Below, in pieces: positions 57,235 to 64,000 of a DNA stretch of 64,000 bases. Source of the DNA: Verrucomicrobiia bacterium. GTDB lineage: Bacteria > Verrucomicrobiota > Verrucomicrobiia > Limisphaerales > Palsa-1400. Location: NCBI GenBank assembly GCA_035551475.1, contig DASZMX010000133.1:21205-85204 (forward strand), read 5' to 3'. The notes beneath the pieces were generated by a model. The model did no database searches, was not told the DNA's origin, and was given only the letters and a program-made list of their open reading frames with translations. Made by a program: the position numbers and the translations under genes. Position 1 is the stretch's first letter; every line of letters starts with the position of its first letter.

Positions 57235-59709
57235 TTGACGGGAACGCCGCGCGGACTTAGAATTGACACGATCAAAACGCATCGTCAGCTCATACCGCTT
57301 CTAACCGTATGGCTTCTCGCTGGGGCCACAACTGCGCGCGCTGTTCCGCAATTGTCGCAACTCAATGCCGGGCAACTTTGGCAGCGGCTGGAATTCAACG
57401 CCCTGGGCGTTCCAACTTTTGGGAATCCATTCGACCCTGCCAGCATCGCCGTCGATGCGACGTTCACACTGCCCTCCGGGCGCAAGATCACCACGCCGGC
57501 GTTCTGGTATCAGGAATATCAGCGCACTCCCTCCGGCGCTGCTGAAGCTGACACACCGGTTGGCTTTCCGACGTGGCGGATTCGTTTTACCCCGCCGGAA
57601 GCGGGCGCCTATTCCTTAACCGTGGTGGTGCAAACAAACGGCCACTTTTCCAGCTCCACGCAAGCTGCCTTCTCCGTGCCCACTAACGCGCCGAACATCC
57701 GCCATGGCTACGCGGGTCTCGCGCCGGGCCATCAGTATTTCCAAACCGGCGACGGCCAACCACTGCGCTTAATCGGCGAGAACGTCTGCTGGTACGACAA
57801 CAGCACTTACGATTACGATAAATGGTTTTCCCACATGACCAACGCCGGGGAGAATTACGCCCGCATCTGGATGTGCCCGTGGGCGTTTGGCTTCGAAGAC
57901 ACCGCCACGTCCCGCACGAATTATGCCCAGCAACCAGCATGGCAGTTGGACACAGTCCTGCAGGAAGCGGAACAGCGCGGCATCTACATATTGCTCTGCC
58001 TCGATTATCACGGGATGTTCGCCACGCAGCCGGACTATTGGGGCGGGAATAATCTCTGGCCGCAGAATCCCTACAACGCGGCCAACGGCGGTCCGTGCGC
58101 CGACCCGAATAGCTTTTTTACCAATACCGTCGCCGCCAATATTTATCAGAAGCGCCTGCGTTATCTGGCGGCTCGATACGGCTATAGCCAGAACCTTCTC
58201 GCCTGGGAATTGTTCAATGAAATCGACAACGATTACGCCTATCTCAATCCGTCGGACGTGGCGTCGTGGCACGCCACCATGGGCGCATGGTTGCACACGA
58301 ATGACCCCTTTGGCCATCTCGTCACCACCAGCTTGACCGGGAGCAGCGACCGTCCGGAAATTTGGTCGCTGCCACAATTGGACTTTGCCGCCTACCATTC
58401 TTACGCGGAGGCGAGTCCATCCACGAAACTTTCCGCCATTGCGCAATCTTTTTGGCAGCGTTACGGCAAGCCGGTGATGATCGGCGAATTCGGGACCGAT
58501 TCCACTGGTTGGGCGCGCGCCAACGACCCTCTTCTGCGCGGCTATCGACAGGGGATTTGGGGTGGCGCATTAGGCGGCTCCGTGGGAACGGCAATGTCGT
58601 GGTGGTGGCAAAATATTGATAGTGAAAACGATTATCCCGACTACACGGCTTTGAGCGCCATCTTGAGCCGCACCGGCTGGGGCGTGGGCGCATGGACGAA
58701 CATCATCTTCCAAACCGCCGGCGGAGCGCCGCCCACGGTCGGCGCGTTGATTCCGGGCGGCCAGCCTTTCAATGTGACGCTGCCTCTTAGCGCCGGCTGG
58801 GGCGTCATGGATTCCGGCGCCTTGGCGGTGGCAGACAACCAAGCCGGTGGCTACTCTGCGCCGGTTTTGAATGCATTCGTGCACGGTATTTGGCACGCCG
58901 ATTTGAAAACGCCTTTTCAACTCAACGCCTGGCTCACGAATAATGCGCGTCTCGTCCTGCATTTGAATTCCGTTTCCACCGGCTCAATTATGGCGGTGAA
59001 CGTCGATGGCAAACAGGTGTTCAGCACGAACCTCGTCGATCTGGACGGCACGTACAATGTCGATGAAGAATACAACACGGATATTCCCGTAAACCTTCCC
59101 AGCGGCCAGCACACCATCAACGTCACCAACCTCGGCAATGATTGGTTCTGCCTGGATTGGGTGCGGCTGGAAAATGTGTTGCCTGCGGCCTACGCCGCGG
59201 GCTGGGCGCCTTCACCCGCTTCCATTGGGTTGCGGGGCGCGCACGAATCATTGCTGTACGTCGTCGCGCCCGGCGTGTCGTTTCCCGCCAATGCGACCAC
59301 GACCAACCTGCCCTTGCAACATACCACCTCGATCACGCTCACCAATTGGCCGGATGGAAAGTTCGTTGCCGAATGGAAGGACCCCGCTACGGCGCGTTCG
59401 CTCGGCATTGTTCAGGCCGCGGCGGCTCACGGCGGCCTCACGCTGCCCCTGCCCGATTTTACGGAAGACGTCGCGGGCATTGTTTACTCGCCTCCGCAAT
59501 TGGCGCCGTTTTCCAGCGCGAGCGCGGGCGGCTTTCAATTCTCCTTTCACTCGGAAACTGGCGGCCAATATGAAATTCAAACCTCCTCCAATTTATGGGG
59601 CTGGACGCCATGGCTCAACGTGACGAACACCAACGCCGCCATGCAGGTGACGGCGCCATTCTGGCCCGCGACGCCTGGCGCGTTCTTCCGCGCGCAGAAA
59701 ATTCAATGA
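57235..59709 (+). CDS. secreted DUF5060 + GH5-type (clan GH-A) glycoside hydrolase with C-terminal beta-sandwich modules and conserved C-terminal domain
   Basis: 824 aa with signal LIPLLTVWLLAGATTARA. DUF5060-like N-domain (FTLPSGRKITTPAFWYQEY...WRIRFTPPEAGAYSL). Catalytic motifs NLLAWELFNEIDN (acid/base NE) and PVMIGEFGTD (nucleophile E). Ends ...GAFFRAQKIQ. TTG start, uncertain. Confidence 0.75.
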   Translation: MTGTPRGLRIDTIKTHRQLIPLLTVWLLAGATTARAVPQLSQLNAGQLWQRLEFNALGVPTFGNPFDPASIAVDATFTLPSGRKITTPAFWYQEYQRTPSGAAEADTPVGFPTWRIRFTPPEAGAYSLTVVVQTNGHFSSSTQAAFSVPTNAPNIRHGYAGLAPGHQYFQTGDGQPLRLIGENVCWYDNSTYDYDKWFSHMTNAGENYARIWMCPWAFGFEDTATSRTNYAQQPAWQLDTVLQEAEQRGIYILLCLDYHGMFATQPDYWGGNNLWPQNPYNAANGGPCADPNSFFTNTVAANIYQKRLRYLAARYGYSQNLLAWELFNEIDNDYAYLNPSDVASWHATMGAWLHTNDPFGHLVTTSLTGSSDRPEIWSLPQLDFAAYHSYAEASPSTKLSAIAQSFWQRYGKPVMIGEFGTDSTGWARANDPLLRGYRQGIWGGALGGSVGTAMSWWWQNIDSENDYPDYTALSAILSRTGWGVGAWTNIIFQTAGGAPPTVGALIPGGQPFNVTLPLSAGWGVMDSGALAVADNQAGGYSAPVLNAFVHGIWHADLKTPFQLNAWLTNNARLVLHLNSVSTGSIMAVNVDGKQVFSTNLVDLDGTYNVDEEYNTDIPVNLPSGQHTINVTNLGNDWFCLDWVRLENVLPAAYAAGWAPSPASIGLRGAHESLLYVVAPGVSFPANATTTNLPLQHTTSITLTNWPDGKFVAEWKDPATARSLGIVQAAAAHGGLTLPLPDFTEDVAGIVYSPPQLAPFSSASAGGFQFSFHSETGGQYEIQTSSNLWGWTPWLNVTNTNAAMQVTAPFWPATPGAFFRAQKIQ

Positions 59710-59743
59710 TGCGCCGCGCCGTCCAAGGCGCTACGGTTTTCCC

Positions 59744-62638
59744 ATGATACGCTGGTTCGCCGCCCTTTGCCTTGCGGCTTGCGCCTGCTGTCAAGCGCTT
59801 TCCGCGCAGCCGCTCTACACGCTCGTGGCTGGGGTGGACCAATTTGAAGGGTCGTCTGCGGCGTGGGGCCTTCTGCAAACCAACGGCTTTGTCGTGGCCG
59901 AACCTTCCTTCAATGACTTCTCCGAGGCTTACGCCAGTTCGCCGTTGCCCGTCTTTATCACACCTGATTCCGCCTGGGACGCCTACGTCAGGATTGTGCA
60001 ATTTGGCCTCAACCGCGCCCGGTTGGCGGAGGCCCCGCGCCTCGCGGCGTTCTCTCATCAATTGTGGTCGGCCGCGCGCGCAAAGTCCCAGAGTGAAGGG
60101 CCGGATTTTGCGGTGCTCGCGTCCTATGCCGCCATCGGCTTGGGATTGCAGGACGAAAATTTTGCCGACGATTTGCCCAAGGGAGAAAAACACATTATCG
60201 AAGCGCTGCGGGCCGGCGCCGGGACGGTCGAACCCGGCCTCGGCGGAGCGCTGGCAGCCGCTGCCTTCCGGGCGCCCGCCCAAATCGCCGGCGATAATCA
60301 GTTGGCCGGCTGCTTCGCCGCTCGGCAATGGTATGGCACAGTGGTCTTCCGCTTGTCGGATGCCCGCGAAACGCGTCTCGCCCTCGATTTGGCGTGGCTC
60401 ATTCAAAGCGACCCCGCCCTCTTTCAGGCGTGGGGCGCCTTAACGGCCCGCGACGAGGCGCTGTGCGGCCCAGCGACGGATGGCGATGTTGTCAACTATC
60501 TGGCCATCGCGAAAGGCTTTGACCCGTCCGATCCGCATCAGCCCCTGGAAAGTTGGCGCAATGCGCTGCAAAAAAAACTGCCCGACCCACAGGTCAATGA
60601 CCAATTCCTCCCCGCCGATGACAAAACGCATTTTGCCTCGCTGATCAAGGGCTTCCGCCTCTTGCCCCCGCGCCCGTGGCTGAATGATTTGCACGCCACG
60701 AATGAGTTCACCAATTCCCTCGCGGGCCAGTCTTTGGCGCTCCTCTCGCATTTGCGTGATCCGTTGCCCAACTCCGCCCCGCCAGCCCTTCGCACGCCCG
60801 CCTGGCTTGACCTGCAACGCTGGACGGCGTTGGGCGCCTGGGCGGATTGGCCGCGCACATGGGATCTTCCCGGCAAGACCAATGCCGAAACGAAGGAACC
60901 TGACAGTCGGCCCCCAGGAGTGGTGGCGCCATATCCGCATTTTTTTGCCGGCCTGGCTCAAGCCTGCCGGCGCGCCGCCAGCGCGCTGCACGACCCTGCA
61001 TTTGACACTTTGGCGCATGATTACGCCGTGGTGTGTGATCGGCTGGCGGAGCTTGCGAAAAAACAGTTGGCCGCGATCGCGCTGAATGCGGATGACCTCC
61101 GTTGGATTCGTGACTATGGCGCCACCCTGCAAAAATTCCACCTAAGCTCAGAAACCGACGCCAGCGACTTCCCGGTCATTGCCCGCCTCTCTTCCGATCC
61201 AACCGACGATCAAAGCGCCTACACTTGGGACGCGCCGCCCGAGGCCTTGTACATCATCCTGCCAACGGCGGCGCGCGTGCAGCTCTATCGCGGCGCGATC
61301 TTCAGCTTTCGCCACGCCGCGCGGCCTGCGTCCGCGGTGGGGCCAGGAGCCGAACCGCCGGCTCCGCCCGACTTCACTCGCGCCTTCCGCGCCAAAAAAA
61401 CTCTGACGGATTTGTTTTCCGATTTGGCCGATGACACGCGCGAGCGCGACCCGGATATGCCGGCCATTGTCCAGGAATTGCAAAATCGCATCGCGGACTC
61501 CGACGTGCCCGACTTAATTCGGCTGCTTGCCGGTCTCGAGGAGCCCTCGACCGCCTATGCCATTTCATTGGCTGGCTTGATGGGGAAAATGAATTGGAAA
61601 CCGTGGCAAGCCAATTTGTTGCACGTGATGGAAACCAACGAGGCTGCCCTCCCATCCATCGCTGCGATCTTGCAGGATCATCCCGAAGCCGTCGACGCTG
61701 ATTACCTCTGCGCCAATTTCGCCCGGCAGCCGGCGGCGGCGCGCGTGGTTTATTGCCGCTTATTGCGCAAACAAAATCCCACGCCAGAAATTGCGGCCCT
61801 CCTCTGCCGCGCCACGCGCGACGAGAATGAGGACGTCCGCTGGTGCGCTATTTTGGGCGTCCGCGAGTTGCAGTTGACAAACTCGGCCGCGCGGGAAGCC
61901 CTGCTGAAATGCGCCTCTGACACCAACGCCTATGTCGCCGCCGCGGCGATTCGCGCCTTGTCGAAGCTAAATCTCCGCGACACGGCTCCTCTGCTCCTGG
62001 ACCTTCTCCAGCAACGTCGCGCGCTGCCGGCGCCGGCCCCGCATCCGATGGATGAGGCGGTTGTGGCGCGCCGCATGTTGCTCACCGGCGAGGATCCGGA
62101 CGATCTCGAACAGCGTTCCATCCTGATTTCGCAACGCGCACCCGCGCTCCTCCGGCGCGGCGAAATCGGCGCGGCTCCCCAGGATGAGTTGGCCCAGGCG
62201 CTGGGACATTTCCAATACCCGCCCGCCACCGAGCTGCTGTTCAGCCTGCTCGACGGCCCGTTCGCGGCTTCGGCGGTGAAGGCTCTGGACCAATTGGCGC
62301 CGGAGCGCATCCGAAATCAATTGCTTGACACCGCCTGTGACATGAAACGCCCGGCTGCGGAACGCGATGTTGCCTTGCGATTGCTGATGCAGACGGCGCC
62401 TTCCTCTGCCACGGCGCGTCGTCTGGCCCCGTTATTGGATGACAATACCGAGGTGGAATTGGACCAGGCGAATCGTCCGGGAAGCCGCCGGTTCGTCTGG
62501 AAGGTTTCCGACCGCGCCGCTTCCACCGTGGCGCATTTGCTCGGCAAAACGCCGCCGCGTTTCAATCCGGTGTTCGCCGCGCCCGCGAATGCAGGCCCCG
62601 AACAAGCCCGGCAATGGCTGAAAGAAGCGGCGCCGTGA
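59744..62638 (+). CDS. secreted DUF3160-like protein fused to C-terminal HEAT/ARM-like repeats
   Basis: 964 aa with signal MIRWFAALCLAACACCQALSA. DUF3160-like elements LLQTNGFVVAEPSF...PVFITPDSAWDAY, VVAPYPHFFAGL and VQLYRGAIFSFRH. C-terminal HEAT-like repeats (DENEDVRWCAILGVRELQ, DTNAYVAAAAIRALSKL, FAASAVKALDQL). Confidence 0.6.
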   Translation: MIRWFAALCLAACACCQALSAQPLYTLVAGVDQFEGSSAAWGLLQTNGFVVAEPSFNDFSEAYASSPLPVFITPDSAWDAYVRIVQFGLNRARLAEAPRLAAFSHQLWSAARAKSQSEGPDFAVLASYAAIGLGLQDENFADDLPKGEKHIIEALRAGAGTVEPGLGGALAAAAFRAPAQIAGDNQLAGCFAARQWYGTVVFRLSDARETRLALDLAWLIQSDPALFQAWGALTARDEALCGPATDGDVVNYLAIAKGFDPSDPHQPLESWRNALQKKLPDPQVNDQFLPADDKTHFASLIKGFRLLPPRPWLNDLHATNEFTNSLAGQSLALLSHLRDPLPNSAPPALRTPAWLDLQRWTALGAWADWPRTWDLPGKTNAETKEPDSRPPGVVAPYPHFFAGLAQACRRAASALHDPAFDTLAHDYAVVCDRLAELAKKQLAAIALNADDLRWIRDYGATLQKFHLSSETDASDFPVIARLSSDPTDDQSAYTWDAPPEALYIILPTAARVQLYRGAIFSFRHAARPASAVGPGAEPPAPPDFTRAFRAKKTLTDLFSDLADDTRERDPDMPAIVQELQNRIADSDVPDLIRLLAGLEEPSTAYAISLAGLMGKMNWKPWQANLLHVMETNEAALPSIAAILQDHPEAVDADYLCANFARQPAAARVVYCRLLRKQNPTPEIAALLCRATRDENEDVRWCAILGVRELQLTNSAAREALLKCASDTNAYVAAAAIRALSKLNLRDTAPLLLDLLQQRRALPAPAPHPMDEAVVARRMLLTGEDPDDLEQRSILISQRAPALLRRGEIGAAPQDELAQALGHFQYPPATELLFSLLDGPFAASAVKALDQLAPERIRNQLLDTACDMKRPAAERDVALRLLMQTAPSSATARRLAPLLDDNTEVELDQANRPGSRRFVWKVSDRAASTVAHLLGKTPPRFNPVFAAPANAGPEQARQWLKEAAP

Positions 62639-63598
62639 CTATTGGCCGTAATCCTGCCAAATCCAGCGCAGGATGTCCGGCATGATGGCGCCGCCGTGAT
62701 TATCAGAATGCTGGCCGCCGCCCCACACATGATTGATTTTATAGCGCGGGCCGGGGTCATTGCGGCGATCGGCATCCGTGTTGGCGAAATTGAGCGCCGC
62801 CAAAATCTGCTGGTTGGCCAGAAACCAATTTCCGAAACCATTATCAAGGTCATGCGAGCCGTCCTGGAGAAAAATGCTCAACGGACGGATGACGTTCTTG
62901 CGGATCAAGGTCGGATAAATTTCGCCGCCTGAAATCATCGGCTCGCCATTGGTGGCCGGGCGATAACCGATCGACGTAAAACTGCCAATGCAGCTAATGA
63001 CCTTGCGAAATTGGTCGGGCCGATGCCAGGCCGCCGTAAACGCGCAAATGGCGCCACTGCTCGTGCCGCCGATTGCCCGCCCGGCGGGATCCTTGGTGAT
63101 GTTATATTTTTTCGTCATTTCCGGCAGCATCTCGTCCACCAGAAAACGGCTATAGCGGTCGCTTACCGAATCGTATTCGAAAGAGCGATTGTTCGGATTC
63201 CCGCCTGGCCCCTCGCGATACGTGTCCCCCTTCGCGCCGGGGGTGATGAACAGGCCAATCGTCACGGGCATTTCCTTTTTCGCGATCAGATTTTCCATCA
63301 CCTGCGGAATATGCAGCGACCCTTTTTCGGATGTGGCCCTTTGACCGTCTTGAAAGACCAGCAAACACGCCGGTTTGGCCGCGTCATATTGGGCCGGCAC
63401 ATAAACCCAGTATTCCCGCACCGTATTGGAGAAAATCTCGCTATGTAACAGCATGGGACCTTCCAAATGCCCTTTGGGAACGCCCGCTTGCGGCAGGGAA
63501 TCCGGGCCTAATTCATACTTGACAATTTGATTGGTGTCCGCCGCAACCGCGACGCCCGCTGTCGCCAGCAAGGCGCAGATGAAGGAAAATATTTTCAT
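62639..63598 (-). CDS. secreted esterase-family alpha/beta hydrolase (enterochelin-esterase/CE1-like)
   Basis: 319 aa with signal MKIFSFICALLATAGVAVA. YWVYVPAQYDAAKPACLLVFQDG and the nucleophile elbow GGTSSGA. Confidence 0.75.
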   Translation of the reverse strand: MKIFSFICALLATAGVAVAADTNQIVKYELGPDSLPQAGVPKGHLEGPMLLHSEIFSNTVREYWVYVPAQYDAAKPACLLVFQDGQRATSEKGSLHIPQVMENLIAKKEMPVTIGLFITPGAKGDTYREGPGGNPNNRSFEYDSVSDRYSRFLVDEMLPEMTKKYNITKDPAGRAIGGTSSGAICAFTAAWHRPDQFRKVISCIGSFTSIGYRPATNGEPMISGGEIYPTLIRKNVIRPLSIFLQDGSHDLDNGFGNWFLANQQILAALNFANTDADRRNDPGPRYKINHVWGGGQHSDNHGGAIMPDILRWIWQDYGQ

Positions 63599-63686
63599 GG
63601 GTGCGACCGAATTAAACGCCCCGCCCCGGAATGCGCAAGAACTTTTGCCTTTGCAGTTCGGGAGTTTGCCCTACCTTGAAATCAAC

Positions 63687-64000
63687 ATGCGTATCACACC
63701 TTTTTTGCCCGCCGTCGCGTGCGCCGCGTTGCTTGCGGGTTGCGGAACGTCGTCCGAAACTCCCCAGAAACCCGCCGCCGCTGCCCCGCCCGCTCCCACC
63801 AGCCTCGTCGATTTCCAGAAACTGGCCGCCGCGCATCACGCCATCATCAGCGTGCCGAATTTTGAGGCGTCCACGAACGCCATTGCGGCCGCGGTCAAAT
63901 CCACCATCCACGATGCGGAGTCGGCCTTGGATGCCATTGGCAAGCTCACGCCGGCGGCCGCGAATTTTCAAAATACCGCCGTCGCTTTGGATGACGTCAA
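63687..64000 (+). CDS. lipoprotein, N-terminal fragment (possibly an M3-family oligopeptidase); continues past the window end
   Basis: Not in the ORF track (no stop in the window). My translation from ATG 63687 reads MRITPFLPAVACAALLAGCGTSSE..., with lipobox LLAGC. ...LTPAAANFQNTAVALDDV resembles the N-terminal region of thimet/Dcp-type M3 peptidases; the family call is weak. Confidence 0.55.
   Translation, partial: MRITPFLPAVACAALLAGCGTSSETPQKPAAAAPPAPTSLVDFQKLAAAHHAIISVPNFEASTNAIAAAVKSTIHDAESALDAIGKLTPAAANFQNTAVALDDV

Noticed and set aside
63612-63971. 119-aa ORF on the minus strand near the window end
   Set aside because: It is antisense to the lipoprotein gene starting at 63687 (lipobox LLAGC). 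Its product is Arg/Gly-rich.
1-64000. Search by eye for tRNA/rRNA genes, CRISPR repeats, IS elements, integrases, toxin-antitoxin pairs or known defence-system genes
   Set aside because: All intergenic regions are 205 bp or shorter. None showed tRNA-like acceptor/T-arm sequences, regularly spaced repeats or terminal inverted repeats. No ORF had transposase, integrase or typical defence-domain motifs.

Overview
This is a tightly packed, high-GC bacterial chromosomal segment. It probably comes from a Verrucomicrobia/Planctomycetes-type (PVC) organism; that is an inference from the DUF1559-type pseudopilin gene and the giant LamG/Ig secreted proteins. All function calls rest on motifs I recognised by eye in the supplied translations or in my own translations; no database search, HMM search or RNA folding was run. 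I support about 50 protein genes, one candidate leader peptide and two intrinsic terminators. I saw no rRNA, tRNA, CRISPR array, transposase, integrase or prophage gene. Housekeeping content: argJ-argB-argD-argF, cdsA-dxr, a PtsN-like EIIA, argS, sdhCAB, an AddB-like helicase-nuclease, nadA, a guanine-deaminase-like gene, ilvH-ilvC, a UbiD-family decarboxylase, type IB topoisomerase, manA, accA and pgl. Accessory blocks: (1) 1.8-9.1 kb, a sugar-precursor cassette with an RfbH/E1-like 3-dehydrase, two SDRs, a ThDP enzyme, a NeuB-like synthase and an FkbM methyltransferase. (2) 14.9-21.6 kb, an opgG-orf-opgH operon that continues into an ABC-2 transporter and a His-rich TPR protein. (3) 21.7-24.3 kb, an ABC ATPase plus a 582-aa polytopic partner. 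(4) 48.8-62.6 kb, five co-directional exported proteins: a LamG/Ig/DUF2341 giant, a lone pseudopilin, a glycosidase-like DUF2341-LamG protein, a DUF5060-GH5 enzyme and a DUF3160-HEAT protein. Three of these share a distinctive C-terminal domain. Block 4 is my best candidate for an undescribed system. A separate regulatory find is a Val-rich 17-codon leader ORF plus an intrinsic terminator directly upstream of ilvHC. Many long ORFs in the track are antisense shadow ORFs typical of high-GC DNA and were rejected. Several gene starts were moved to internal start codons that form ATGA/GTGA/TGATG overlaps with the upstream stop.
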